Assembly (NCBI GenBank): GCA_017616555.1
Contig: JAFZXZ010000022.1
Span: 16-64,015 of the forward strand
From: a bacterium
GTDB taxonomy: Bacteria > Auribacterota > UBA3054
Direction of reading: 5' to 3'
DNA: 64,000 nucleotides
A model generated the notes under the pieces. That model saw only the letters and a program-made list of their open reading frames with translations, was not told the DNA's origin and did no database searches. Shown here piece by piece: positions 52,925 to 62,548 of this stretch (position 1 is the first letter of the stretch; every line of letters begins with the position of its first letter). The position numbers were made by a program, and so were the translations under genes.

Positions 52925-54475
52925 ATGGCAGAACAAATTAAAACTCCCAGCGCCCATTGGGGCGACAAAGCCGTCGACCTTCTGCTCCAGCAGAGAGGCA
53001 ACGGACCCTTCCTCATCGCCAGCGGCATCTCTCCCTCCGGACGCATCCACGTCGGCAACTTAAGGGAAGTTTTGACCGCCGACATCATGTACCGCATCCT
53101 AAAGGAGCGCGGACACGAGGCGAAGCTTATCTTCGTGGCGGACGACTACGACGCCTTAAGGAAAGTCTATCCTTTCCTGGACCCCGCGGTCTATGAGAAA
53201 TACGTGGGCTGTCCCCTCTCCGAGATCCCGGCGCCAGACGGCAGCGACATGACTTACGCGGAATACTTCCTGCAGCCGTTCGTCAAATCGCTTAAGAAGC
53301 TGAAAATCGACGCGCACGTCGTCAGGGCCAGCGAGCTCTACCGCGACGGCGTCTTGAAGAAACAGATAATCCAGGCCCTGAACGCCAGGGACGAGATCGC
53401 CGAGATCCTAACGAGAGTAACCGGCAAAGAGATCGGCGAGGACTGGAGCCCCTTCAATCCTCACTGCCGCCTCTGCGGCAACATGAAGACCACGAAACTT
53501 GTGGCGTGGCATCCCGAGACCGAGGAGATCACCTACTACTGCTCACACTGCGACAAGGAACGCACCGTTCCCGTCGTCGGCAACGGCAAGCTGACCTGGC
53601 GCGCCGACTGGCCGGCCCGATGGGCGGCCCTGGGCGTCGACGTCGAGCCGTTCGGCAAAGACCACGGCGGCAAGGGCGGCAGCTACGATACCGGCAAAGA
53701 GATCGTGAGAAAGATCTACGGCGGCACGGAACCCTTCCCCATCATCTACGAATGGATTAGACTGAAAGGTCTGGGAGACATGAGTTCCTCTAAGGGCAAC
53801 GTCGTTTCCGTTGACGAAGTGCTGGAAGTGGTGCCCCCCGACGTCCTGCGTTACTTTATAACGCGCCCCGCTCCCAAAGCGAGTTTGGCGCTCGACCTCG
53901 TCACGCAGCTCCTTAACCTCGTCGACGAAGTGGACGACGAAAGCAAGAAGCAGCGTGACGCCAGAAGCGTCGAGCTTTCCCAGGCCGGCGGCTTCGTTCC
54001 TTTGCACATCCCCTTCAACCACCTTGTCAACGTCTGGCAGGTGGCCGGCGGCGACTTCGAGAAGGTCAAGAAGATCCTGACAAGGACCGGCTTCAAGTAC
54101 AGCGACGAGGCGGCGCTCCTGGAACGCTGCCATTACGCCGACGAATGGCTGAAGCGCTATGCCACGCCGGAATTCATCTTCCAGCTTCTCGACGAAACGC
54201 CCGCCGAGATCGTTCCTCTCATCTCTGACGAAGAGAAGAAGGCCCTCTCCCTTATCGCGGACGAACTGGAGAAGAACCCTGAAGCGGACGGCAACGCCAT
54301 CCACCAGATCATCTACAATATCGCAAACTCTACCGGCGTCTCGATGGGCAACCTCTGCAAGGCCCTCTACCGCGTGACGCTGGGCAGAGACCGCGGCCCC
54401 AGGGCCGGCTGGTTCGTGGCCATGGCCGGAAACGATCAGATCGCTTCCCGCATCAGGAAATTCCTCGCGAGGTAA
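52925..54475 (+). CDS. lysS: lysine--tRNA ligase, class I type
   Basis: Class I layout: HIGH-like PSGRIHVGNLREV, KMSKS-like LGDMSSSKGN, a Cys cluster (CRLCGN...CSHCDK), 516 aa. Confidence 0.8.
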   Translation: MAEQIKTPSAHWGDKAVDLLLQQRGNGPFLIASGISPSGRIHVGNLREVLTADIMYRILKERGHEAKLIFVADDYDALRKVYPFLDPAVYEKYVGCPLSEIPAPDGSDMTYAEYFLQPFVKSLKKLKIDAHVVRASELYRDGVLKKQIIQALNARDEIAEILTRVTGKEIGEDWSPFNPHCRLCGNMKTTKLVAWHPETEEITYYCSHCDKERTVPVVGNGKLTWRADWPARWAALGVDVEPFGKDHGGKGGSYDTGKEIVRKIYGGTEPFPIIYEWIRLKGLGDMSSSKGNVVSVDEVLEVVPPDVLRYFITRPAPKASLALDLVTQLLNLVDEVDDESKKQRDARSVELSQAGGFVPLHIPFNHLVNVWQVAGGDFEKVKKILTRTGFKYSDEAALLERCHYADEWLKRYATPEFIFQLLDETPAEIVPLISDEEKKALSLIADELEKNPEADGNAIHQIIYNIANSTGVSMGNLCKALYRVTLGRDRGPRAGWFVAMAGNDQIASRIRKFLAR

Positions 54476-54492
54476 GTTGAGTTTCCTTGAGT

Positions 54493-54530
54493 AAAAAAAA
54501 AGACCGGGCTTTTCGCCCGGTCTTTTTTTT
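54493..54530. terminator. bidirectional rho-independent terminator between the convergent lysS and uppP
   Basis: A9, gaccgggc, tttt, cgcccggtc, T8. Confidence 0.8.
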
Positions 54531-54534
54531 ATTC

Positions 54535-55419
54535 TTATGAAGCTATGCAGACAAGCCCTATGATCCAGAGGTAGACCACAAAGGGATGGAAGTCGTATTT
54601 GGAAACTAGCTTCAGAAGGAGCTTGATGGCGATGTAGCCTGATATTGCCGCGACCAGAACACCAATCACCTGGACGAGCGCCGTGCCGTCGCCGTTGTGC
54701 CATGAGACGGCCAGGCGGGATCTGAACTCGGATGAAAGGCAGTCTTTCAGGGCCGCGCCCAGGATGACAGGGATGGACATGAGGAAAGAGAAGCGGGCGG
54801 CCGCTTCGCTTTTCAGTTTGCAAAGAAGCCCGGCGTAGATGGTGCTGCCGCTTCTGGACAGTCCCGGGATGACGGCTACCGCCTGAGCGACGCCGATCCA
54901 GAGCGCGTCCTTCCAGGTCATCTGATCGAGTCCTTTCAGAGTTTTTTCCTGCTCTTCCTTCTCTTCGGGAGGAAGGCTGTTGCGCTCTTTAAGGATCTTG
55001 TTCGCGGGAGTGAGCACCCAGTAGGCGCAGGCGATGAAGGCAAGGCCTATCAGTCTGTAGGGCTCCAGAGGTATTCTGCCGATCTTCAGGCCTTCTTCGC
55101 AGAAGATCCTTTCCAGAACATCGTCCAAGGTGAAGCCAACGATAGCGGCCGGCACCATGGAGATCAGGATAAGAAGCGCGAAATAGAGCGCGTACTTCTC
55201 ACCCTTGCAGAAATCCCTGATGAGGATCCAGATGTCCTTGTAGAGCGCCGCGAAGATCGCCAATACCGTCCCGAAATGAAGAAGGACGATGTAATTGAGA
55301 TCGATGTCGCGGATCGGCACGAAGAACTTCGCTACGGCCAAATGCCCGGAGCTGGAGACCGGAATGAATTCCGTCAGCCCCTGAATGAGGCCCACGAATA
55401 TGGCGTCGAAAGTCGTCAT
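54535..55419 (-). CDS. uppP: undecaprenyl-diphosphate phosphatase (BacA/UppP)
   Basis: GLIQGLTEFIPVSSSGHL...PGLSRSGSTI. Polytopic. Confidence 0.9.
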   Translation of the reverse strand: MTTFDAIFVGLIQGLTEFIPVSSSGHLAVAKFFVPIRDIDLNYIVLLHFGTVLAIFAALYKDIWILIRDFCKGEKYALYFALLILISMVPAAIVGFTLDDVLERIFCEEGLKIGRIPLEPYRLIGLAFIACAYWVLTPANKILKERNSLPPEEKEEQEKTLKGLDQMTWKDALWIGVAQAVAVIPGLSRSGSTIYAGLLCKLKSEAAARFSFLMSIPVILGAALKDCLSSEFRSRLAVSWHNGDGTALVQVIGVLVAAISGYIAIKLLLKLVSKYDFHPFVVYLWIIGLVCIAS

Positions 55420-56873
55420 TATTTGAAGAGCACTCCGGCGCCCTGGGCGGGAGCGAAGAGGTACTGGTTATCGGCGTAGCCGTCAAGATCGTGCGGGAGG
55501 TAGTAAGCCTCGTGGATCTTCTTGATGAATTCCGGACCTTTGCCCTTGGGGATCAGGTGCACCGTGCAGCCGCCGAAGCCGGCGCCTGTCAGCCTGGAGC
55601 CGTAGGAACCGGCCGCTTTGCCGGCTTCCACCAGCGCGTTCAGCTCTTCACAAGAGATCTCGTAATCGTCGCGGCAACTGGCGTGGGATTGATCCATCAA
55701 GAGGCCGAAAGCCTCGGCTTTGTTCTCGGAGTCGCCGTTCAGAAGCGCCATGGAATCTTCCACTCTGCGGGCCTCACTGATGACGTGTCTGGCTCTCTTC
55801 TTGACCTGGAAGCCGCCCTGCGGTTCGGGCATCACTTCGCCGGTCTTGGTGAGGCAGACTTCCTTGGCGGCGTATTCTTCCGAAACGCCCAAAGCGTCCG
55901 CGATCATCTTCACGGTGTAGCCTTCGTCAACCAGAGCGGATTCAATCTTGTTGAGAGCGTCGTCGAAGCCGTCGGTCTCATTGGCGAACCAATCGTAGAG
56001 CATCGTGGGCTCCTTGGCGCCCGCTTTGCCGGCCAGTTTGTGCAGCAGCATGTAAGCGATGCGGCATTCGACCGTGCGCATATTGTAAGCGATCCTGGCG
56101 TTGCCGGCCTTGGCGGCTTTAACGCGGGAGTGGCAGACCAGGATGTCGGCTTCCTTGGGCAGCGTCACGAGCTTCGTCCTGATGGGATAGAAGTCGATCT
56201 TCAGGCATTTGCCGGCCTGGCCCAGAATGGAGATGGACTGGTCCATGCCGCCACTTGCCATTCCGACATAGTGGTCAGATTTAGCCATGACTTCAGCAAG
56301 CACGACCGGGTCGATAGTCCTGCCGTTGATGGCAAGGATCGCTTCGGCGGCCGCGACGGTGAAGGCGGCGGAGGAAGAGAGGCCGCTGGCCAGAGGCACG
56401 TTGCCGTCTATTACCATCTTCAGGCCCTGAAGACCGTCCTCGGTTCCCCAGAAATCAATCAATCCCTGCGTGGCGCTCTTGATGTAGTTGCCCCAGTCGC
56501 CGCCCTGGTAAGGCGGAATGTTGCGTTCGATCGTGAAGGAGCCGCCTTGGAAGGAAGAGACGACGTTGGCGAAGCTGATGACGTTGTCCTTACTGGCGCC
56601 GGCCACGATGAGCATGTCTCTGGAAATGGCCATAGGCATCACGGGGAAGCCGTTGTAGTCGGTGTGCTCGCCGATCAGATTGACGCGGCCCGGAGCGCGG
56701 ACCACTACCACTTCCTCGGAAGCGAAAGTTTTTTCATAAACGGTAATGGCGTTGATAAGTCTTTGTCTGGCTTCTTCCGCCACGTCCTTAGCTTGGGCGT
56801 TGACGTTGAGAAGAACTTCCAAAACGCTTGGATCTTTGGCTTCCAGTTTGGCTTTCAGGGCTGAGCTGTTCAT
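55419..56873 (-). CDS. galK: galactokinase-family GHMP sugar kinase (long, GALK2/GalNAc-kinase-like, 484 aa)
   Basis: Galactokinase signature GRVNLIGEHTDYNGFPVMPMAI. GHMP motif PLASGLSSSAAF. C-terminal GAGFGGC. Confidence 0.75.
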   Translation of the reverse strand: MNSSALKAKLEAKDPSVLEVLLNVNAQAKDVAEEARQRLINAITVYEKTFASEEVVVVRAPGRVNLIGEHTDYNGFPVMPMAISRDMLIVAGASKDNVISFANVVSSFQGGSFTIERNIPPYQGGDWGNYIKSATQGLIDFWGTEDGLQGLKMVIDGNVPLASGLSSSAAFTVAAAEAILAINGRTIDPVVLAEVMAKSDHYVGMASGGMDQSISILGQAGKCLKIDFYPIRTKLVTLPKEADILVCHSRVKAAKAGNARIAYNMRTVECRIAYMLLHKLAGKAGAKEPTMLYDWFANETDGFDDALNKIESALVDEGYTVKMIADALGVSEEYAAKEVCLTKTGEVMPEPQGGFQVKKRARHVISEARRVEDSMALLNGDSENKAEAFGLLMDQSHASCRDDYEISCEELNALVEAGKAAGSYGSRLTGAGFGGCTVHLIPKGKGPEFIKKIHEAYYLPHDLDGYADNQYLFAPAQGAGVLFK

Positions 56874-56905
56874 AATGTTTCTCCTAAATTAGGGTTACAA
56901 AAGTT

Positions 56906-57070
56906 TCAATCTTTCGAGGGGCCGGTTATGGCCTCGGGGGGAATCGTTTCGCCGTCATGCAGCCTTGTGTCCAAAGGCCGGGCGAAGAGGACAAGGGCGA
57001 TGACGGACAAAACCAGCATCAATCCCACAATAACATACCAGGGCAGGGTAACTTTTTTCTGTTCTTCCAT
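56906..57070 (-). CDS. small single-TM protein (54 aa), absent from the ORF track
   Basis: AGGAG lies 5 nt upstream of the ATG, and the start is 7 nt after the upstream gene's stop. Sequence: MEEQKKVTLPWYVIVGLMLVLSVIALVLFARPLDTRLHDGETIPPEAITGPSKD. Confidence 0.45.
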   Translation of the reverse strand: MEEQKKVTLPWYVIVGLMLVLSVIALVLFARPLDTRLHDGETIPPEAITGPSKD

Positions 57071-57077
57071 AATGCTC

Positions 57078-59399
57078 CTATTTCCTGATCGGTCCGAAAA
57101 TGTTTCCGAACTTGTTGAGGTTCAAAGCTTCCGTAAAGGCGCTGATCTTGGTCAGCGTGCTGCAGGGGTCGGTGGTCTCGTCAAGGCAGTCGCCGTCGAG
57201 GACAAGAAGCGGGATGCCGATCTCGGTAAGCGACTGTCTCAAATACTTGATGAAGCTGCTGTCAGCCATGGAGCAGCGTCCGAACATGTGGTTGTAGAGG
57301 ACGGCGCCCGTGATCTTGGCGGTGTTAGCCCTTTGCTTGATCCTGTTGACGCGGACTTCGGGATCGAGGAAGCCGACCGTCAGAAGTTTTCTGGCCAGGC
57401 TCGTGTAGGGATCGTTGGGATCGAGTTCTTCCCAGCCGACGAAGTTCACTTCCTCAAAGGCGACCGGCGCGTGGCAGGTCTGCTCGAGGTAAGTCATGGT
57501 GCGCTGGCTGTAGAAAGGCGGCAGATGCAGCCACAAGAGCCTGTGCGTCTCGTCGATGTGCGTGTGCTTCTCGACTTCTTTCTTGCGCTCCAAGAGTTCT
57601 TCCAAAAAGACCTGCTGAAGATCGACCATCTCCTGTTTGCCCCAGAGCTGCGAGAAGATGTTGGCGTAACTTACGGCTTCCGTGCCAGGGATAAGAGGAG
57701 GGCTGGTGAAACGGATCTGGTTGCACTTGATGGCCAGGTCCCTGGCCTTGTTGGAAAGCACGCAGGCTTCCGCCAGTCTGTCAGGATCCATCTTGATGCC
57801 AAGCGCGTCTTCCATAGCCGCGACGGATTCCTTGAGGCCGTTGGCGATAGTCCTGATGGCGGATTCACCGCCGCGGCCGGGAGTGTGAAGCGTATAGAAG
57901 CGGTCGCTGTAGGAGGAGCAGTTGGATCTGACCAAATCGGCGAAGATCCTTTCCCCCTGCTGGCAGGGCTGGCTGGTCGTCACGGTGAAGTCGGCGTGCG
58001 GAAGATTCTCGTCGCCTTCAAGAACTCTAAGGAAGGAGCAGGTCTCGCCGGAGAAGCCTTTGCAGGCGGCGTGGTCGAAGCACTTCCTAAGGCGTTTCTG
58101 GTTGCGCCCTTTGAGAGCGGCGTAAGTTTCAAGCGTCAGCGAGCGGACGCCCAGCGCGGCCAAAATCTCCGAGGGGAAGAAAAGGTTGCGCCAGACCAAA
58201 GGCTCCTTTCCTTTCGAGAAAAATTCGTGGCGCGTCATCTGCGTGCGCATGGCCGTCGATTTGTTGACGAGCGTGCGGTTCAGAAGCTTGTCGGTGAAAG
58301 CTTCGAGCGTTTTCTTCAGTTCTTCGCTCTTCAAAGTCTCCTTGACCTTGCTGATCTCGGGGAAAGAGAGCCTGCTGCTTCCGTCTTCGGCTTTCACTTT
58401 GACGATATTGTCGAAAACCCGCATGGCTTCCCTTCTGAGGTTCGGGTCCGTGACAGCGTCCACGAAGTCCTTGAATTCCGGGACCGTGATGCCGGTGCGC
58501 TTCGTCTCCACGGTCTTGGGAGGATCAACTTTACCTCGCAAAGATTCGAACTGCCTGGCCAGGACCGCAGCGCCAAGGGCGCCCATGACGGGATGAAACT
58601 CCGGGATGATGATGTTGCAGCCGGTGATCTCTTTCAGATAATAGGCCACGGCCCTGTTGTAGGCCACGCCGCCCTGGAAGATGATGTCGCCGTGATAATT
58701 CAAGAATAGTTCGCCTACGCCTGACATGATCGTCCTGGCCTGGGCGCGGCAGGCCGCCGCGATAACGTCGCCCAGAGGATAGCGGTTCTTGAATTTGTTG
58801 ATAGAGGTGGCGCCCAAGACCGCGCAGACCGAACTGACTTCCAGATCGGAGTCGAAGTTGCACTTCTGGGCCATCTCGGTAATTGGCACGTTCAATTTTG
58901 CGGAAACGGAATCAAGGAAAGCGCCGGTGCCGGCCGCGCAGATGCCGCTCATTTTGGAGGTCCAGATATTCATCTCCGGATTGTAGAGCATGGCCTTACT
59001 GTCCTGGCCGCCGACGTCGAGGATCGCTTTGCAGTCGGGATAATAATGGCGGGCGCCGGAAACGTGCGCCGTCACTTCGGAGACGAAGTAATCGAAATTC
59101 AAGAATCTGTGAAGCTCATCGACGACCTGGCTGCCTGTCACGATCGTGCAGGAGATGTCGGCTTGGCTTTTGCCGACAGAAGCCAAGAAATCCAGAATGG
59201 TCTTGGAGAGTGCGCCCACGTTGCACTGACCGCAGTTGGAGCAGCGGCCCGTGCAGGCAAGTTTCGCGTCTTTTCGGGGAACGGTCCTCTGGTACATCGT
59301 GTGCATGACCTTCCCCTCTTCCGTCAAAAGAACCGCCTTGATGGTAGTGGAGCCGATGTCCACGCCTAAAAACAGTTTTTTCTCCGTTTTCTTTGCCAT
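57078..59399 (-). CDS. fusion of a BcrAD/BadFG-type ATPase (dehydratase activase) with one 2-hydroxyacyl-CoA dehydratase (HGD-D) domain
   Basis: N-terminus LGVDIGSTTIKAV...ICAAGTGAFLD...FQGGVAYNRAV. The C-terminal ~450 aa are HGD-D-like (FFPSEILAALG...CSFLR...VLYNHMFGRC...LVLDGDCLD). Confidence 0.7.
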   Translation of the reverse strand: MAKKTEKKLFLGVDIGSTTIKAVLLTEEGKVMHTMYQRTVPRKDAKLACTGRCSNCGQCNVGALSKTILDFLASVGKSQADISCTIVTGSQVVDELHRFLNFDYFVSEVTAHVSGARHYYPDCKAILDVGGQDSKAMLYNPEMNIWTSKMSGICAAGTGAFLDSVSAKLNVPITEMAQKCNFDSDLEVSSVCAVLGATSINKFKNRYPLGDVIAAACRAQARTIMSGVGELFLNYHGDIIFQGGVAYNRAVAYYLKEITGCNIIIPEFHPVMGALGAAVLARQFESLRGKVDPPKTVETKRTGITVPEFKDFVDAVTDPNLRREAMRVFDNIVKVKAEDGSSRLSFPEISKVKETLKSEELKKTLEAFTDKLLNRTLVNKSTAMRTQMTRHEFFSKGKEPLVWRNLFFPSEILAALGVRSLTLETYAALKGRNQKRLRKCFDHAACKGFSGETCSFLRVLEGDENLPHADFTVTTSQPCQQGERIFADLVRSNCSSYSDRFYTLHTPGRGGESAIRTIANGLKESVAAMEDALGIKMDPDRLAEACVLSNKARDLAIKCNQIRFTSPPLIPGTEAVSYANIFSQLWGKQEMVDLQQVFLEELLERKKEVEKHTHIDETHRLLWLHLPPFYSQRTMTYLEQTCHAPVAFEEVNFVGWEELDPNDPYTSLARKLLTVGFLDPEVRVNRIKQRANTAKITGAVLYNHMFGRCSMADSSFIKYLRQSLTEIGIPLLVLDGDCLDETTDPCSTLTKISAFTEALNLNKFGNIFGPIRK

Positions 59400-59414
59400 A
59401 TATTTTCCTTAATT

Positions 59415-60572
59415 TTAATTCTCTTTTAATAGCTCGTCCACTATTTTTCGCATCTCGTCCTTCTGCTCTTCCATGGATTTGACCATCTTGAACTGCACTC
59501 TGGCGCGGTCCAGGTTGTGGTTTTCCCTTTCCGTCTGGAAATAGACGTCGCCGTTCAGGTGGTCCGCCAGGAAGCGGAGTCCGATCTCGAAGGTGATGAG
59601 GTTGCCGCAGAAATAAAGGAGCTCTTTTTCCCTTTCGGAAAGGATATTCTTGGTCGCGGAGATGTATCCTCTCACGAGCCCTTCGAAAAGGGAAATGTCC
59701 ATATTGATCTTGTCGAGGTCGCGTTCGTCCTCGTCGCCCGTCCTGGTAGTACTTCGCACGCAGTCGCCCACGTCGTACAGGGATGATCCGGGCATTAGCG
59801 TATCGTAATCGATGACGCAGAGCCTCTTTCCGTTGGCGTCCAGAAGCACGTTGTTGATCTTGGTGTCATTGTGCGTCACTCTTTCCGGGATGCTTCCGTC
59901 CGCGATGCCGTCCAATACGCAGCTGATCGTGTCTTTCCTAGCAAAACAGAAATCCATCTCTTCTTTTACGGAAGCGGCTCTGCCGGCGGCGTCGTTTTTA
60001 AAAGCCTCTTCCAATTGCTCGAAACGGAAGACCGTGTCGTGGAACCTGGGAATCGTCACTTCCAAAGGTCCGCCCGGAATGTCGTTCAAGAGGTACTGGA
60101 ATTCGCCGAAAGCCTTGCCGGTCTCGTAGGCCTGCGTCACCGTTTCGGCGTGATCGACGGAGAAACCGCCTTTCACATATTCCATTACGCGCCAAAACTC
60201 GCCGTTGTCGTCGATGAAGAAGTAGCGGCCGTCGCTGGCGGCTCGGAACTGCAACGGGATGATCCTGACCGACTTGTCTTCCCGGACTTTCTTTCTCAGG
60301 TGCTGGCAGACGCGGCCGATATTGCTCATGACTTTGTCGGGCTCGGTGAAGACCTTGGTATTGAGCCTTTGCAGAACAAAGTCGTCGTAGCGCCCGTTCA
60401 TCATCCCGTGGATGTGATAGGTGCTGTTGATATGCCCGCCTTTCAGCCTTGATACCTCCATGACTTTCAGCTCGGGTTCGAACTGCATGGAGACGGAATG
60501 AAGACGCCACTTTAGGAATTCAGATAGTAAAAACATATTGTTCATAATACCAAAAAAGACGCGCATTTGCAA
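59415..60572 (-). CDS. APH-fold kinase, N-acetylhexosamine 1-kinase (NahK)-like
   Basis: GGHINSTYHI, catalytic loop VTHNDTKINNVLLD, and Mg-binding CVIDYDT. Start is uncertain (ATGs at 60572, 60545, 60536 and 60488). Confidence 0.6.
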   Translation of the reverse strand: MQMRVFFGIMNNMFLLSEFLKWRLHSVSMQFEPELKVMEVSRLKGGHINSTYHIHGMMNGRYDDFVLQRLNTKVFTEPDKVMSNIGRVCQHLRKKVREDKSVRIIPLQFRAASDGRYFFIDDNGEFWRVMEYVKGGFSVDHAETVTQAYETGKAFGEFQYLLNDIPGGPLEVTIPRFHDTVFRFEQLEEAFKNDAAGRAASVKEEMDFCFARKDTISCVLDGIADGSIPERVTHNDTKINNVLLDANGKRLCVIDYDTLMPGSSLYDVGDCVRSTTRTGDEDERDLDKINMDISLFEGLVRGYISATKNILSEREKELLYFCGNLITFEIGLRFLADHLNGDVYFQTERENHNLDRARVQFKMVKSMEEQKDEMRKIVDELLKEN

Positions 60573-60606
60573 AGAAAAGGGAGGTCCGCTTTCGCCCTTC
60601 GGCTAT

Positions 60607-60635
60607 TTGACTTAAAAAGGGCCTAAGAGTATAAT
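60607..60635 (+). promoter_or_regulatory. sigma70-type promoter upstream of leuC
   Basis: TTGACT, 17-nt spacer, TATAAT. It lies 36 nt upstream of the leuC ATG. Confidence 0.6.
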
Positions 60636-60671
60636 GTCCAATACTTGTAATTAAAAAACTATCCCTTTTGT

Positions 60672-61970
60672 ATGGGCCTTACAATCACTGAAAAAATCAT
60701 CGCCAAGCACGCCGGCAGAACTTCCGTTACGCCGGGCGAGACCGTTTGGGTCTCCGTTGACCTCGTGATGACCCACGACGTCTGCGGTCCCCCCTCCTTT
60801 GCCATCATGGAAAGGGAGTTCGGCAGCGACGCCCCTGTCTTCGACAAGGAAAAAGTCATCCTTATCCCCGACCACTTCATCTTCACCAAAGATCCCGCAT
60901 CCATTAGGAACGTGGACCTTCTCAGGGGATATGCCAAAAGGAAAGGCATCAAATATTTCTACGATCCCGCCAACGAGACCTACCGCGGCGTCTGCCACGT
61001 CGGCCTCCCCCAGGGCGGCCACTGCCGTCCCGGAGAACTGGCGATCGGCACCGACTCGCACACCTGCACCTACGGCGCTTTCGGCGAGTTCTCTACGGGC
61101 GTCGGCAACACTGACGCGGGCTTTGTATTGGGAACCGGCAAGTTCCTTCTGAAAGTTCCCAAATCCCTCTTGTTCCTCTTCGAGGGCAAGCTCCCGAAGG
61201 GCGTCATGGGGAAAGACATAATTTTGACTTCCATCGGCAGGATCGGCTCGGACGGCGCCACCTACTGCTCGATGGAATTCCGCGGCTCGACCATCAGCGA
61301 CCTCTGTATGGACGAACGCATGACGATCTGCAACATGGCGGTGGAAGCCGGCGCCAAGAACGGCATCATCGCGCCGGACGAAAAGACCAGGGAATACCTG
61401 AAAGGAAGGACGGATGTCCCCTACACGGAATACCAGTCCGATCCGGACGCCAGTTACGCCGCGAAATACGAATTCAAAGCCGAGGAGCTCGTCCCGGTAG
61501 TAGCCAAACCCTACTCCCCCGGCAACGTCTGCCCGGCGAAAGACGTAGCGGGAACAAAAGTCACGCAAGTTTACATCGGCTCCTGCACAGGCGGCAAGAC
61601 CGCCGACTTCAGAGCCGCCGCGGAAGTTTTGAAAGGCAGAAAAGTAAAGATCAGAACCATCATCACTCCCGCCACCAAGGAAGTCGCCGCTTCTCTTGAC
61701 ACTGAGAAAATCGACGGCCAGACTTTGCGCGAGATCTTCGAATCCGCCGGCTGCGATCCCATCCAGCCGCCAAGTTGCGGCGCCTGCATGGGCGGTCCGA
61801 TCGACACCTACGGACGCACCATGGCTGACGAAGTGGTGGTCTCCACGACCAACAGGAACTTCCCGGGCCGTATGGGCTCCATGCAGAGCCAGGTTTACCT
61901 CGCTTCGCCCTACACCGCCGCGGCCACGGCCCTTTTCGGCGTCATAACAGACCCCAGGGAGGTGCTATAA
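60672..61970 (+). CDS. leuC: 3-isopropylmalate (or homoaconitate-type) dehydratase large subunit
   Basis: Aconitase-family Fe-S ligand motifs (GTDSHT, IGSCTGGK, SCGACMGG). 432 aa short form. Confidence 0.8.
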   Translation: MGLTITEKIIAKHAGRTSVTPGETVWVSVDLVMTHDVCGPPSFAIMEREFGSDAPVFDKEKVILIPDHFIFTKDPASIRNVDLLRGYAKRKGIKYFYDPANETYRGVCHVGLPQGGHCRPGELAIGTDSHTCTYGAFGEFSTGVGNTDAGFVLGTGKFLLKVPKSLLFLFEGKLPKGVMGKDIILTSIGRIGSDGATYCSMEFRGSTISDLCMDERMTICNMAVEAGAKNGIIAPDEKTREYLKGRTDVPYTEYQSDPDASYAAKYEFKAEELVPVVAKPYSPGNVCPAKDVAGTKVTQVYIGSCTGGKTADFRAAAEVLKGRKVKIRTIITPATKEVAASLDTEKIDGQTLREIFESAGCDPIQPPSCGACMGGPIDTYGRTMADEVVVSTTNRNFPGRMGSMQSQVYLASPYTAAATALFGVITDPREVL

Positions 61971-62513
61971 ATGGAAAACATCATTAAAGGCAAAGCCTAC
62001 GTTCTGGACGACAAGATCGATACCGACCAGATCCTCCCGGCCTGCTATCTGACTCTTGTCCCGACTATTCCTGAAGAACGCGTCGCCCTTGGCAGCCACG
62101 CGCTTTCCGGCCTTCCCGAACGCTACCCGCGCTTCGTCAAGGAAGGCGAGACGCAGTGCGAATACACTTTCGTCGTGGCCGGCCGCGACTTCGGCTGCGG
62201 TTCCTCAAGGGAACACGCTCCCGTGGCGCTCTCGGCCGCCGGAGTGAAGGCCGTCATCGCCGAATCCTACGCCAGGATCTTCTTCAGGAACTGCATCATG
62301 ACGGGTTCCCTCTATCCGATGGAAACTCCAATCAAACTGAATGAAGTCGTAAAGAACGGCGACGAACTCACCCTTGACCTTACCGACAACACCCTGACGC
62401 TTCAGGACGGCAAATCCATAAAGCTGACTCCTCTGGGCGCCGCAGGGGAAGTCATAGAAGCCGGCGGCATTTTCGAATTCGCCAGAAAGTCCGGCATGTT
62501 ATCAAAACAGTAA
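61971..62513 (+). CDS. leuD: 3-isopropylmalate dehydratase small subunit
   Basis: GRDFGCGSSREHAP...IAESYARIFFRN. Immediately follows leuC. Confidence 0.8.
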   Translation: MENIIKGKAYVLDDKIDTDQILPACYLTLVPTIPEERVALGSHALSGLPERYPRFVKEGETQCEYTFVVAGRDFGCGSSREHAPVALSAAGVKAVIAESYARIFFRNCIMTGSLYPMETPIKLNEVVKNGDELTLDLTDNTLTLQDGKSIKLTPLGAAGEVIEAGGIFEFARKSGMLSKQ

Positions 62514-62548
62514 ATTAATCGTTAAAAACATAAAGAACCGGAGAAAAC

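Noticed and set aside
55491-56864. 457-aa plus-strand ORF antisense to the galK-like gene
   Set aside because: The opposite strand carries unambiguous galactokinase/GHMP signatures. This ORF is a shadow frame typical of GC-rich coding DNA.
56928-58709. 593-aa plus-strand ORF antisense to the activase/HGD-D fusion
   Set aside because: The minus strand has clear BcrAD/BadFG and HGD-D motifs. The plus ORF is low-complexity (G/V/A/R/E) and has no RBS.
60651-61568. 305-aa minus-strand ORF antisense to leuC
   Set aside because: leuC on the plus strand has the aconitase-family Fe-S motifs and a consensus promoter. The antisense frame is an artefact.
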